The position numbers and the translations under genes were made by a program. Of a stretch of 44,920 nt of DNA, positions 16,913 to 31,574 are shown piece after piece. Positions within the stretch are counted from its first letter, which is position 1. Each line of letters opens with the position of its first letter. This DNA is from Hyphomicrobiales bacterium. GTDB lineage: Bacteria > Pseudomonadota > Alphaproteobacteria > Rhizobiales > Beijerinckiaceae. The notes under the pieces are model-generated. The model did not search any database. It was given only the letters and a program-made list of their open reading frames with translations, and had not been told where the DNA came from. The stretch covers positions 1-44,920 of the forward strand of contig JANYIH010000229.1 in assembly GCA_025358745.1 (NCBI GenBank), written 5' to 3'.

Positions 16913-19900
16913 TTACTCCGCCGCCCTCGCCAGCGCCGCCCCGCCGCGCCAAGCCTCGATCCCCGTGGCCCATTCCGCCCGCACGGCTTCGAGGCTCTTC
17001 GCCTTCACATGGCCGTAGCCGCGCACCTTCTCCGGCAGGGCAGCCAGCGTGACGGCGAGGCCGTGGTTATCAGCGGCGAGCTTGGCGCATAGCTCACGCG
17101 CAAGGGCAACGTAGTCCTCGATCAACTGGCGCTCCTCGCGCCGCTCCTTCGTGTAGCCGAACACGTCGAACGCGCCGCCGCGCAGGCCCTTCAACCCGGC
17201 CAGCAACGAGAACGCGCGCATCATCCACGGCCCGAACGCGGTCTTCACCGGCAGGCCGGTGCGCGGGTCCTTGCGACCGAGGATCGGCGGGGCGAGGTGG
17301 AAGGTCAGTTTCAGGTCGCCCTCGAACGCGTCCGCAACGGCGCGCGCGAACGATCCGTCGGTGTAGAGCCGCGCCACCTCGTATTCGTCCTTGTAGGCCA
17401 TCAGCTTGAAGGCGTAGCGGGCGACAGTGAGCGCGAGGCCGGCGCGGCCGGGCGCGCGCGCCGCCTCCGCCTTGGCGACTTCGTCCACCAGAGCGCGATA
17501 GCGCTCGGCATAGGCGCGATCCTGATAGGCGGTCAGGAACTCGACGCGCTTGGCGACGACGCTGGCGAGGTCGTCCGCCTTCTCGTTCGCCGGCGCCTTG
17601 GCGAAGGCCGCAAGCGCGGCCGGGTCGGCTTGAGCCGCGCGGCCCCAGGCGAAGGCGGCCAGATTCATCGCGACCGCTTCGCCGTTGAGTTCGATCGCAC
17701 GGCGGATCGCGGCCGAAGACATCGGCACGAAGCCGGCCTGATAGGCGTAGCCGAGCATGAACATATTGGCGCCGATGGAATTGCCGAGCGCCGCCACGGC
17801 GGCAGTGCTCGCATCGACAAAACGCGCAGACCCGCCGGAAGCGGCCTGGATCGCCCGCTTCAACCGCTCGGTGGGAAGCGAAAAATCGGCGTTTCGGGTG
17901 AAGTCGCCGGGGAACACTTCCGCCGCATTGACGACGACGCCGGTCTCGGCGCCTTTGGCGGTCGAAAGCACCGCGCGCGAGCCCGACACCACGAGATCGC
18001 AGCCCAGGATCAGGTCCGCGCCGCCGGGCGCGATGCGTATCGCGTGGATGTCTTCCGGCGCGCGGGCGAGTTTGACGTGGCTGTAGACAGCGCCGCCCTT
18101 TTGGGCGAGGCCCGCCATGTCGATCATGCCGCAGCCCGCGTTTTCGAGATGGGCGGCCATGCCGAGGATCGCAGCGATAGTGACGACGCCGGTGCCGCCG
18201 ACCCCGGTGACGACGATCGAATAGGGCGTCGCGGTCAGTTCGGGACGGACGGGCTCGGCGACCGGAGGGGCCGAGGCGGCGGCCTTGCGCGACTTGCGGG
18301 GCTTGGCGCCCTCGACAGTGACGAACGAGGGGCAGAAGCCGTCGACGCAGGAATAATCCTTGTTGCAGCTTGATTGATCTATGACGCGCTTGCGGCCGAA
18401 CTCGGTGTCCTTGGGTTGAATGGATACGCAGTTCGATTTCACGCCGCAGTCGCCGCAGCCCTCGCACACGAGTTCGTTGATGAAGGCGCGCTTGTCGGGA
18501 TCGGGGAATTCGCCGCGTTTGCGCCGACGCCGCTTCTCTGCCGCGCAGGTCTGGTCGTAGATCAACACCGTCGTGCCGGGAACTTTCGCCAGTTCCTCCT
18601 CGACGGCGATCAGTTCCTCGCGCGGATAGATCTTCATGCCGGCGGGCCAATGTTCGCCGGCCGCGTATTTGTCGGGCTGGTCGGTCACCACGGCCACGCG
18701 CCTCGCGCCGTCGGCGGCGACCTGGCGGGCGATCTGCGGCACAGAGAGGCCGCCCTCGTGGCGCTGGCCGCCCGTCATGGCGACGGCGTCGTTGAACAGG
18801 ATTTTGTAAGTGACGTCGGTGTTGGTGTCGATCGACCAGCGCAAAGCCAGCGCGCCGGAATGGTTGTAGGTGCCGTCGCCCAGATTCTGGAACACATGGC
18901 CGCGCCTGGAGAAGCGGCTTTCGCCGACCCAGTTGGCGCCCTCGCCGCCCATCTGGGTGTAGCCGTCGGTGCGGCGGTCCATGAACTGCGCCATGTAATG
19001 GCAGCCGATGCCGGCATAGGCGCGCGCGCCCTCGGGGATCACGGTCGAGCGATTGTGCGGGCAGCCGGAGCAGAAATAGGGCGTGCGGGTCGCCTCCTGT
19101 TTGATCTCGGCCACGCGCGCACGGTCCTGTTTGAGCCGGCCCAACTTGCTCCGCACGCTCTCGTCGTCGTGATATTTGAGGATGGCGTCGCCTATAGCGC
19201 CGCCGATCTGGTTGGGGTCGAGCGAGCCCTTGACAGGGAACAACCATTCGCCATTCTCGTCGCGCTTGCCGATGAGAATGGGCTGCGTCTGCGAGCCGTA
19301 TAGCTCCTCGCGCACCTGCACCTCGATCAGCGAGCGTTTCTCCTCAACGACGATGATGCGATCCAGCCCTTCCGCGAAAGCGTGGATCTCAGCCGGCACC
19401 ACGGGCCAGGTGCAGCCCAGTTTGAACAGCCGCACGCCCAATTCGTCGCAACGTTTCTCGTCGAGGCCGAGATCGTCGAGCGCCTGGCGCACGTCGAGAT
19501 AGCTCTTGCCCGCCGTGATGATGCCGATCTTCGGCGATGGGCCACCGTTCAGAATCGTTTTGTTGATTCCGTTGGCGGCGAGCCAGGCGACCATCGCATC
19601 GCGCTTGTGATCCTGAAGGCGGGCTTCCTGTTCGAGGATCGGGTCGGGGGTGCGGATGTTGAGTCCGCCCGGAGGCAGCGCGTAATCCTTAGGCGTGACG
19701 GGTGTCACGCGGTCGAGCCGGGCGTCGACCACGGCGGTCGATTCGATCGTGTCCTTGATGCATTTTATGCCGACCCAGACGCCGGCAAAGCGGCTCAAGG
19801 CATAGCCCAGCGCGCCATAGTCGAGGATTTCCTGCACGCCGGCGGGCGAGAGAATCGGCATCATCACGTCGACGAAGGCGAATTCGGACTGGTGCGCGGT

Positions 19901-20380
19901 GGTGGAGGATTCGGCGGTGTGGTCGTCGCCCATCAGCGCCAGCACGCCGCCGTTCTTCGATGTGCCGGCGAGATTGACATGGCGCAGCACGTCGCCGGAG
20001 CGGTCGACGCCGGGGCCCTTGCCGTACCAGAGGCCGAACACGCCGTCGAACTTGCCCTCGCCGCGCATCTCCGCCTGCTGCGTGCCCCACAGCGCGGTGG
20101 CCGCCAGTTCCTCGTTGAGGCCGGGCTCGAAATGCACGTCGGCGGCGGAAAACTCCTTTTTCAGCCGCGCGAATTGCAGGTCGAGGCCGCCGACCGGCGA
20201 GCCGCGATAGCCGCTGACGAAGCCGCCGGTGTTGAGGCCGGCGCGACGGTCGCGTTCCTTCTGCATCAGCAGCAGCCGCGCCACGGCTTGCGCGCCGTTA
20301 AGCAGCACATGGGTCTTGGCGAGGTCGTACCTGTCCGCCAGCGCAATGTCGGCCAGCGGATTGCGCGACATATCGTTCAT
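16913..20380 (-). CDS. Fused indolepyruvate/phenylpyruvate:ferredoxin oxidoreductase family protein
   Basis: SGYRGSP, NEELAATA, FCSGCPHN, TPP motif GDGTY..SG, ferredoxin motif CEGCGDC..KSNC, and a fused gamma domain (GVGGTGV, AQKGG, YKDEYEVARL). Confidence 0.93.
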   Translation of the reverse strand: MNDMSRNPLADIALADRYDLAKTHVLLNGAQAVARLLLMQKERDRRAGLNTGGFVSGYRGSPVGGLDLQFARLKKEFSAADVHFEPGLNEELAATALWGTQQAEMRGEGKFDGVFGLWYGKGPGVDRSGDVLRHVNLAGTSKNGGVLALMGDDHTAESSTTAHQSEFAFVDVMMPILSPAGVQEILDYGALGYALSRFAGVWVGIKCIKDTIESTAVVDARLDRVTPVTPKDYALPPGGLNIRTPDPILEQEARLQDHKRDAMVAWLAANGINKTILNGGPSPKIGIITAGKSYLDVRQALDDLGLDEKRCDELGVRLFKLGCTWPVVPAEIHAFAEGLDRIIVVEEKRSLIEVQVREELYGSQTQPILIGKRDENGEWLFPVKGSLDPNQIGGAIGDAILKYHDDESVRSKLGRLKQDRARVAEIKQEATRTPYFCSGCPHNRSTVIPEGARAYAGIGCHYMAQFMDRRTDGYTQMGGEGANWVGESRFSRRGHVFQNLGDGTYNHSGALALRWSIDTNTDVTYKILFNDAVAMTGGQRHEGGLSVPQIARQVAADGARRVAVVTDQPDKYAAGEHWPAGMKIYPREELIAVEEELAKVPGTTVLIYDQTCAAEKRRRRKRGEFPDPDKRAFINELVCEGCGDCGVKSNCVSIQPKDTEFGRKRVIDQSSCNKDYSCVDGFCPSFVTVEGAKPRKSRKAAASAPPVAEPVRPELTATPYSIVVTGVGGTGVVTIAAILGMAAHLENAGCGMIDMAGLAQKGGAVYSHVKLARAPEDIHAIRIAPGGADLILGCDLVVSGSRAVLSTAKGAETGVVVNAAEVFPGDFTRNADFSLPTERLKRAIQAASGGSARFVDASTAAVAALGNSIGANMFMLGYAYQAGFVPMSSAAIRRAIELNGEAVAMNLAAFAWGRAAQADPAALAAFAKAPANEKADDLASVVAKRVEFLTAYQDRAYAERYRALVDEVAKAEAARAPGRAGLALTVARYAFKLMAYKDEYEVARLYTDGSFARAVADAFEGDLKLTFHLAPPILGRKDPRTGLPVKTAFGPWMMRAFSLLAGLKGLRGGAFDVFGYTKERREERQLIEDYVALARELCAKLAADNHGLAVTLAALPEKVRGYGHVKAKSLEAVRAEWATGIEAWRGGAALARAAE

Positions 20381-20453
20381 CTCGTTAGCCTCCCGCTCCC
20401 TCGCCGTGGAGCCGAGTTGTATTTGCGCTGTCCGGCGCCGCCTGACAAGCGCG

Positions 20454-21143
20454 TCAGGTCGAAAAGCCGCAGGCGGCTAACGCTTGAGCCATATGCGGCG
20501 GCGGCGGCGCCTCGACCACGATCGACGACTTGGCCGGCCCCAGCGGGATTTCCACGCGCCGGGCGTGCAGATGCAGGCGCGGGCCGACCGGCGCCCGGGC
20601 GCCATAGACGGAATCGCCCCAAATCGGCCAACCTTCGCTGGCGGCGTGGACGCGCAATTGATGCGTGCGCCCGGTCAGCGGCGCCATTTCCAGCCAGGCG
20701 ACGGGTTTGCTTTCGAGGGAGCCGCGTCCCAGCACGCGCCAGCGCGTCTGCGAGGGCTGGCCAGCCTCGTCGATCTTCATCCACCAGCCGCGATCTGGGT
20801 CTTGCCGCCCCAGCGGCTTGTCGATCAGGCCCTCGTCGGCTTCCGGGCCGCCCTCGACGATGGCCCAATAGGTTTTCGCGATTTTGCCCTGTTTGAAAAG
20901 TTTCCCTAGCTTCTCCAGCGCTTTGTGATGGCGGCCGAGCACCAGGCAGCCCGAGGTCTCGCGGTCGAGCCGATGGGCGAGCGCGGGGTTTCGCGGCAGG
21001 CCAAAGCGCAGCGCGTCAAAACTGTCCTCCAGGCTTGCGCCGCCCTTGGGACCGCGATGCACCGCCACGCCCCAGGGCTTGTCGAGCACGAGAATCAGCC
21101 CGTCGCGGTGGAGAACGCGGGCGAGAATGTCATCTGGGGTCAT
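20454..21143 (-). CDS. RluA-family pseudouridine synthase
   Basis: LDKPWG, HRLDRETSG (catalytic Asp), TGRTHQLRVH and LHLHA motifs. Confidence 0.92.
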   Translation of the reverse strand: MTPDDILARVLHRDGLILVLDKPWGVAVHRGPKGGASLEDSFDALRFGLPRNPALAHRLDRETSGCLVLGRHHKALEKLGKLFKQGKIAKTYWAIVEGGPEADEGLIDKPLGRQDPDRGWWMKIDEAGQPSQTRWRVLGRGSLESKPVAWLEMAPLTGRTHQLRVHAASEGWPIWGDSVYGARAPVGPRLHLHARRVEIPLGPAKSSIVVEAPPPPHMAQALAACGFST

Positions 21144-21201
21144 GCTCGCCTATATAGCGGGAGACGAGAGCGGCCGCGATGTGGTCGGATGAGGGATTCG
21201 C

Positions 21202-22362
21202 TTGGACGACAAGACAGAGGTAAAGCCGAAGCCCGGCCTGTTCCGCCGCCTGCTCGGTTTCGGCGTGACAGAGGAATCCGCGCCGCCGCCGGAAGTCGCG
21301 CCTGCGTCGGTCGACGCGCCTCCCGCGCTCGCGCCATCGCCCCCCGCTCCTTCAGAGGAGAAGCCGCGCGCCGGCCTTGGCCGCTGGTTCGGCGGCGCCG
21401 CGGAGCCCGCCGCCGCGGAGCCCGAGCCCGAGACGCCCAAACGCAGCTGGCTTTCGCGCCTCACCTCCGGTCTGTCGCGCTCTTCGTCGGCGCTCGGGCG
21501 CGGCATCGTCGATATCTTCACCAAGAAGAAGCTCGACGCGACCTCGCTCGACGATCTCGAAGACATTCTGCTGCAAGCCGACCTCGGCATAGGTCCGGCG
21601 ACACGGCTGCGCGAGTCGATCGGCAAAGGGCGCTACGAGAAGGGCATCGACCCCGAGGAGGTGAAGCGGCTCTTGGCGCAGGAGGTCGAGCGCACACTCG
21701 CCCCGGTCGCCCGGCCGCTCGTGCGCGATCCCACGAAGAAGCCGTTCGTCGTGCTGGTGGTCGGCGTCAACGGCTCCGGCAAGACGACGACCATCGGCAA
21801 GCTGGCGGCGAAATTCGCTCACCAAGGCGCGCGGGTGATGCTGGCGGCGGGCGACACGTTCCGCGCCGCGGCAATAGAGCAGCTTCGCATCTGGGCGACC
21901 CGCGCCGGGGCCGAGATCGTCGCGCGCGAGCAGGGCGGCGACGCGGCGGGGCTGGCGTTCGACGCGCTGACGCGGGCGAAGGCGGAAGGCGTCGACGTCG
22001 TGCTGATGGATACGGCGGGGCGGCTGCAAAACCGCGTCGAATTGATGAAAGAGTTGGAGAAGATCATCCGCGTGATGAAGAAGGTCGATCCGGAAGCGCC
22101 GCACGCGACGCTGCTGGTGCTCGACGCCACCGTCGGTCAGAACGCGCTGTCCCAGGTCGAGATTTTCGGCCGCATCGCCGGCGTGACGGGGCTGGTGATG
22201 ACCAAGCTCGACGGCACCGCGCGCGGCGGCATTCTGGTCGCCATCGCCGACAAGTTCAAACTGCCGGTGCATTTCATCGGCGTCGGTGAGCAGATCGACG
22301 ATCTGGAGCCGTTCGAGGCGCGCGATTTCGCGCGGGCGATCGCGGGGTTGGAGGAAGCTTAG
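21202..22362 (+). CDS. ftsY: Signal recognition particle receptor FtsY
   Basis: GVNGSGKTTTIGKLA, DTFRAAA, DTAGRL, TKLDGTARGG and GVGEQIDDL motifs, with a Pro/Glu-rich N-terminal extension. Confidence 0.96.
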   Translation: MDDKTEVKPKPGLFRRLLGFGVTEESAPPPEVAPASVDAPPALAPSPPAPSEEKPRAGLGRWFGGAAEPAAAEPEPETPKRSWLSRLTSGLSRSSSALGRGIVDIFTKKKLDATSLDDLEDILLQADLGIGPATRLRESIGKGRYEKGIDPEEVKRLLAQEVERTLAPVARPLVRDPTKKPFVVLVVGVNGSGKTTTIGKLAAKFAHQGARVMLAAGDTFRAAAIEQLRIWATRAGAEIVAREQGGDAAGLAFDALTRAKAEGVDVVLMDTAGRLQNRVELMKELEKIIRVMKKVDPEAPHATLLVLDATVGQNALSQVEIFGRIAGVTGLVMTKLDGTARGGILVAIADKFKLPVHFIGVGEQIDDLEPFEARDFARAIAGLEEA

Positions 22363-22453
22363 CCTGCGCGCTTGCGCCGTTGCCTGCGTCCTGACTAAAC
22401 CCGGGGCGCACGAGCAAGCCGTGTTTGTCTCCAATCCGCACCCGAGCATATTC

Positions 22454-23257
22454 ATGCAGTTCCTCGATCTGCCGAGGCTGGAGACTTCCGCTCTCGCGCG
22501 GCGCACGGCGCTCGAAATCCTGCCGCGTCGGCAAGGCGTCAAGGGCTCGATCAGCCGGCAGGAGGCGGAGTTCTTATTGTGCATGATCGAACGCGAGGAC
22601 GTTCGGGCCGCCATCGAAATCGGCGTCGCTTCCGGCGGCTCGACTTTGTACATGCTGGCGATGCTGAGCCGGCTGGGCGGGGACAGAAAACTCTACGCCC
22701 TCGATCTGGCGGAGGCTTACTATCCTGACCCGAGCCGAGCCGTCGGCTTTCTCGCCCTCGACAGCGAATTCAACCAAGCCTCGCGGTTGGCGTTGTACCC
22801 CCGCGCCTGCGTCGCCGATCTGCGGCGCCTCGTCGGCGCGCCGAATTGCGGTCCGCGTTTCGACCTCGCCTTCATCGATGGCGAACATCTTCATCCCTGG
22901 CCGGCGCTGGATCTGCTATTCCTGTTGCCGTGGCTGCGCGACGGGGCGGTCGTCGTTCTGCACGATATCAACATGCCCCAGCTACTGGCTTCGCCGCACG
23001 GATTCGGCCCGCAATGGCTGTTCGATTGTCCTTTTCCCGAGCGCGTCGTCGCGCCTGGCGGGGCTCCCAATATCGGCGCATTTCGCATCATCGACCGTGC
23101 GGACGCGGTCGGCCTTGTCCTGCGGCTGCTGGCGACGCCTTGGGAATGTGACCTGTCCGCCGAAGCCCGCGCCGCCTTCGCGGCGGAAATCGCGCAGGGA
23201 CCGCTGGCGGCCTACGTCACCGGGCTGACGCCCTATTTCGCCAGACCTTCACCGTGA
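22454..23257 (+). CDS. Class I SAM-dependent methyltransferase (Methyltransf_24-like)
   Basis: AIEIGVASGGST, FDLAFIDGEHLHP and VVVLHD motifs. Start uncertain (GTG 22421 possible). Confidence 0.75.
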   Translation: MQFLDLPRLETSALARRTALEILPRRQGVKGSISRQEAEFLLCMIEREDVRAAIEIGVASGGSTLYMLAMLSRLGGDRKLYALDLAEAYYPDPSRAVGFLALDSEFNQASRLALYPRACVADLRRLVGAPNCGPRFDLAFIDGEHLHPWPALDLLFLLPWLRDGAVVVLHDINMPQLLASPHGFGPQWLFDCPFPERVVAPGGAPNIGAFRIIDRADAVGLVLRLLATPWECDLSAEARAAFAAEIAQGPLAAYVTGLTPYFARPSP

Positions 23258-23331
23258 ACGGCGCGGGGCCCGCCCTTGCGCGGCCCCCTCCCGCCGCTTA
23301 AGTGCGCCCTTCGCCACGGAGCAATTCCCGA

Positions 23332-23892
23332 ATGAGCCAAGACCCCAGCTTTCCCGGCTGGCACGCCACCACCATTCTCATGGTCCGCAAAGGCGGGCGC
23401 ACGGTGATCGGCGGCGACGGGCAGGTGAGCCTCGGCCAGACCGTCATCAAAGGCAATGCGCGCAAGGTGCGCCGGCTCGCCAAGGGCGACGTGATCGCGG
23501 GCTTCGCCGGCTCGACCGCCGACGCGCTGACGCTGTTCGAGCGGCTCGAAGGCAAGATCGAGCAATACCCCGGCCAGCTCGCCCGCGCCTGCGTGGAACT
23601 CGGCAAGGACTGGCGCACCGACCGCTACCTGCGCCGGCTGGAGGCGATGCTGCTGGTGGCCGACAAGCAGATCGGCCTCGTGCTGAGCGGCTCCGGCGAC
23701 GTGCTGGAGCCTGACAGCGACGCGCACGGCGCCTCGACCGCGATCGGCTCGGGCGGCAATTACGCGCTGGCCGCGGCGCGTGCGCTGATGCCGATGGACC
23801 TCGATGCGGAAGAGATCGTGCGCCGTTCGATGAAGATCGCCGCCGACATCTGTGTCTACACCAACACCTCGCTGACGCTGGAAAGCCTATGA
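23332..23892 (+). CDS. hslV: ATP-dependent protease peptidase subunit HslV
   Basis: HATTIL (catalytic Thr), [29 protein letters not shown] and DICVYTN. Confidence 0.97.
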   Translation: MSQDPSFPGWHATTILMVRKGGRTVIGGDGQVSLGQTVIKGNARKVRRLAKGDVIAGFAGSTADALTLFERLEGKIEQYPGQLARACVELGKDWRTDRYLRRLEAMLLVADKQIGLVLSGSGDVLEPDSDAHGASTAIGSGGNYALAAARALMPMDLDAEEIVRRSMKIAADICVYTNTSLTLESL

Positions 23893-25193
23893 GCGACCTT
23901 TCCCCGCGCGAGATCGTCTCCGAACTCGATCGCTACATCGTTGGCCAGGCAAACGCCAAGCGGGCGGTGGCGATCGCGCTGCGCAACCGCTGGCGGCGGC
24001 TGAAACTCGTCTCGCCGATGCGCGAGGAGGTGATGCCCAAGAACATTCTGATGATCGGCCCGACCGGCTGCGGCAAGACCGAGATCGCGCGTCGTCTCGC
24101 CAAGCTCGCGGGCGCGCCGTTCCTGAAGGTCGAGGCGACCAAATTTACAGAAGTCGGCTATGTCGGCCGCGACGTGGAGACGATCATTCGCGATCTCGTC
24201 GAGATCGGCGTCGCGCTGGTGAAGGCGCGCAAACGCCGGGAAGTGGAGGCGCGGGCGGAACTGGGCGCGGAAGACAAGATCCTCGATGCGCTGGTCGGCG
24301 CGACCGCGAGCGCGGGCACGCGCGACGCCTTTCGCAAGAAGCTGCGCGCCGGCGAGCTGGAGGACAAGGAGATCGAGGTTGATCTGCCGCAGGCGGGCAG
24401 CGGATTGCCGATGTTCGAATTGCCCAACATGCCCGGCGCCTCGGTCGGCGCGATCAATTTGAGCGATCTGTTCGGCAAGGGAATTCAACGCGCCAACCGC
24501 AAGCGGGTGACGGTGGTGCAGGCGCGCGAGCCGCTGCTGGGCGCGGAGGTCGAGAAGATGCTCGATTCCGACGCCGTGACGCGCGAGGCGATCAACGAAG
24601 TCGAGAGCAACGGCATCGTGTTTCTCGACGAGATCGACAAGATTTGCGCGCGCGACGGGCGCAGCGGCGCCGATGTCTCGCGCGAGGGGGTGCAACGCGA
24701 CCTGTTGCCGCTGATCGAGGGCACGACGGTCGCCACCAAACACGGCGCGGTCAAGACCGACCATATCCTGTTCATCGCCTCGGGCGCGTTCCATGTCGTC
24801 AAGCCGTCCGATCTGTTGCCGGAATTGCAGGGGCGGCTGCCGATCCGGGTCGAACTTTCCTCGCTGACGGAGGAGGATTTCCGCCGCATCCTGACCGAGC
24901 CGGAAGCCAGCCTGATCAAACAATATGTGGCGCTGTTGCAGGCCGAGGGCGTCGATCTCAGCTTCACGGACGACGCCATCTCGGCGATTGCGCGGCTGGC
25001 GGCCAAGGTGAACGGCACGGTCGAGAACATCGGCGCGCGGCGGTTGCAGACGGTGATGGAGCGCGTGCTCGACGATGTGAGCTTCACCGCGCCGGACCGG
25101 GCGGGCGAGCGGATCGAGATCAACGGCGCGTTCGTTGACGAGCACATCGGCGACCTCGCCGACAATGCGGATTTGAGCCGGTTTATTTTGTAA
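23889..25193 (+). CDS. hslU: ATP-dependent protease ATPase subunit HslU
   Basis: [41 protein letters not shown] and C-terminal DLSRFIL. Confidence 0.97.
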   Translation: MSDLSPREIVSELDRYIVGQANAKRAVAIALRNRWRRLKLVSPMREEVMPKNILMIGPTGCGKTEIARRLAKLAGAPFLKVEATKFTEVGYVGRDVETIIRDLVEIGVALVKARKRREVEARAELGAEDKILDALVGATASAGTRDAFRKKLRAGELEDKEIEVDLPQAGSGLPMFELPNMPGASVGAINLSDLFGKGIQRANRKRVTVVQAREPLLGAEVEKMLDSDAVTREAINEVESNGIVFLDEIDKICARDGRSGADVSREGVQRDLLPLIEGTTVATKHGAVKTDHILFIASGAFHVVKPSDLLPELQGRLPIRVELSSLTEEDFRRILTEPEASLIKQYVALLQAEGVDLSFTDDAISAIARLAAKVNGTVENIGARRLQTVMERVLDDVSFTAPDRAGERIEINGAFVDEHIGDLADNADLSRFIL

Positions 25194-25211
25194 GCTGAGG
25201 CTTTCAATCAA

Positions 25212-25237
25212 ACAGGGCCGCGTGAGGGCGGCCCTGT
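25212..25237. terminator. Hairpin between convergent hslU and katG (probable bidirectional terminator)
   Basis: ACAGGGCCGC-N6-GCGGCCCTGT with A-rich and T-rich flanks. Confidence 0.65.
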
Positions 25238-25247
25238 CGCTTTTGGG

Positions 25248-29172
<3,925 letters not shown>

Positions 29173-29203
29173 TCGCGCCGCGCCCGCGCCGGCCCCGATT
29201 CAA

Positions 29204-31156
29204 TCACGCGGCGGACCGGCGCCCGAGCGCCCTGTTCCGGGTCGTCGCGTTTCGTTCCATCGCGCCGCCGCCCGCCGCGGGCTCGACCACGAAATGACGC
29301 ACCATTTCGGCCAGCGCTTCGGTTCGCGACGTTAGGGAATGACATGCGGCGGTGGCCTGTTCGGCCATCGCGGCGTTTTGCTGCGTCACCTGGTCGAGCT
29401 CGCAGAACGCCACGTTCACTTGTTTCAACGTCGCCGATTGCTCGATCGCCTGAACGGCGATATCGGCGATTCCATTGTCGATCTGCGAGATTTGATCGCT
29501 GATGCGGTCGAACGCCCGTCCGGATTCCTCGACAAGGCTCACGCCGTGCGAAACTTCCATCGACGCACGCGAGATCAGGGTTTTTATCTCCTTCGCGGCG
29601 TCGGCGGACCTCTGCGCGAGCGCCCGCACTTCGGCAGCGACGACGGCGAAGCCGCGTCCCGCCTCTCCTGCGCGGGCCGCCTCGACCCCCGCGTTCAGCG
29701 CCAGCAGATTGGTCTGGAAGGCGATTTCGTCGATCACTCCAATAATCGAGGCGATTTTCTGCGACGACTCATGGATGCCAACGATCGCTTCGCTCGTCCG
29801 CCTTACGATGTCGAGGCTCTCGATCGCTTCCTTCTTCGCGCTGGAGATGATGTCCTTGGTCTTGCTCGATTCCTCAGCGGACTGGTTCAGCGTCTGTCCC
29901 AGAACCCGCAATGCCGCCGCCGATTCTTCCAGCGTGACGGATTGCCGTTCGGTGCGCCGGGCGAGATCGTCGGAGGCAACCGTAATCTGCTCAACGCCCG
30001 ACCGAAGCGACTGGGAGGCGTCGACCACGACATTCAAGGTGGCGGCGAGCTTCGCGGCGGTTTCGTTGAAATCACGACGCAATCCCTCGTATTCGGCGGC
30101 GAACGCCTGGTCGATCCGGGCGAGCAGGTTTCCCTCCGAAAGCTCTTGCAGCCCGCCGCCCAGATTTTGCACAACCCTGGTCAACTGCGCCGCCGCGTTC
30201 GCTCTGCTGGCCTCGTTTTTCGCCCTGTCGCTCTCCGTGTGGGCCAGCATTTGCCGCGCTTCGGCCTCCAGTCGATGCAACTCCATCCGGCCCTGGCGGA
30301 ACTCATCGATAGCGCGCGCCATTTCGCCGATTTCGTCGCGGCGACTGCGCTCGGTTATCTCAACTGCGAGATTGTCGCGCGCCACTTCGAGGATTTGCGC
30401 CGCAAGGCGGGCGAGCGGGGCGACGACGCCGGAGCGCACGATCCAAAATGCGCCGAGAATCACGACGATCCCGAGCCCGACCGACAAGAACGCCCAGGCG
30501 ACGAGAGTCTCGGAACCCTTTTCGACGCGCCGCACGGCCCCGCCAACGGCCTGTTCGCGCTGCTGGACGAGTGTGTTGACGTCGGCGAGCAGGCTGTCGA
30601 GTTGCGCGAAGAGCTGCTCGGACATTTTGTCGAAAGATTCCATCTCGACATTGCCCGCCGCGACGCCGCGATCGATATAAATATGGGCCATGGCGACGCC
30701 CTTGGCGTCATAAGTCTTAAACCCGGAGTCCAGAGTTGCGAGTTTGTCGGCCATGGCGTGCGCAGCCGACGCGGCGTCGGATTTTTCGAGACGCCTCAAC
30801 AGCGACTTGACGCTGTCTGATTGCTTGTAAAAATCGGCATTGTACTTCGCCGCATCGTCGAAACTGTCGGCGTGATGGGTCGCCGCGGCGTCGGTGAGGA
30901 ACTGCTGCACCTGGATCACGTCGACCTGCAGGTCGCGCGTCGCCTTGTCCAGCGGCAGGAATACCTCCTGCATCTGGTTCATCTGTTCGCGCACATCCGC
31001 AAGCTCGGCCTGCTGCGCCCGGCTGATGGCGACCGTCGCGAGCGAGGCGGCGGTCAAGGTCGCCCCCAGAACGACAAGAACGAGGGTCAGCTTGGCGCGG
31101 ATGGTGACTGGCGACAGCCAGGACAGCAAAGAAGGGCGCAACCGGCTTTTGCTCAT
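29204..31156 (-). CDS. Methyl-accepting chemotaxis protein
   Basis: Two TM helices, a helical periplasmic domain (VIQVQQFLTD), HAMP domains and the signalling hairpin IAFQTNLLALNAGVEAARAGEAGRGFAVVA. Confidence 0.93.
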   Translation of the reverse strand: MSKSRLRPSLLSWLSPVTIRAKLTLVLVVLGATLTAASLATVAISRAQQAELADVREQMNQMQEVFLPLDKATRDLQVDVIQVQQFLTDAAATHHADSFDDAAKYNADFYKQSDSVKSLLRRLEKSDAASAAHAMADKLATLDSGFKTYDAKGVAMAHIYIDRGVAAGNVEMESFDKMSEQLFAQLDSLLADVNTLVQQREQAVGGAVRRVEKGSETLVAWAFLSVGLGIVVILGAFWIVRSGVVAPLARLAAQILEVARDNLAVEITERSRRDEIGEMARAIDEFRQGRMELHRLEAEARQMLAHTESDRAKNEASRANAAAQLTRVVQNLGGGLQELSEGNLLARIDQAFAAEYEGLRRDFNETAAKLAATLNVVVDASQSLRSGVEQITVASDDLARRTERQSVTLEESAAALRVLGQTLNQSAEESSKTKDIISSAKKEAIESLDIVRRTSEAIVGIHESSQKIASIIGVIDEIAFQTNLLALNAGVEAARAGEAGRGFAVVAAEVRALAQRSADAAKEIKTLISRASMEVSHGVSLVEESGRAFDRISDQISQIDNGIADIAVQAIEQSATLKQVNVAFCELDQVTQQNAAMAEQATAACHSLTSRTEALAEMVRHFVVEPAAGGGAMERNATTRNRALGRRSAA

Positions 31157-31399
31157 TTCGCATCCGTCAATGTTCTGGGAGGCCGCAAAAGGCGTCGCGC
31201 GCCGGCGGTTCGCGGCAACCGAGAAGAACCCGGGGAAGTTTCGATGGGGAATGTCGAAGATTTCGACGGGATAGAACGGCCTCATGCCTCTGACAGGCTA
31301 CATCGCCGGTCAGCTATCTCGCGCCAAGCTAGTCGCAAGAGCTTTAAATTTCCTTGCGAGGCGGTCGCTGGCGGGAGTTTCCGGGGTTTCCGCCCGTTG

Positions 31400-31428
31400 T
31401 TGACTTTCCCGGAGACCCCTGTTAGCAG
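31400..31428 (+). promoter_or_regulatory. sigma70-type promoter of rpsD
   Basis: TTGACT-N17-TAGCAG, about 145 nt upstream of the rpsD ATG. Confidence 0.6.
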
Positions 31429-31574
31429 CCCCCTCGTCGGGCGCGCTCTCGGAAATGAGGGCGCGCTTGTCGTTTGACGCACCCGTGGTCCGCGACCTTG
31501 CTCGGTCTGGGGCCTGTCGGCGAGGGGAAACCCCCGCAAAGGAGGGCGCGTTTCCTCACATTAAGGAAACCGCG

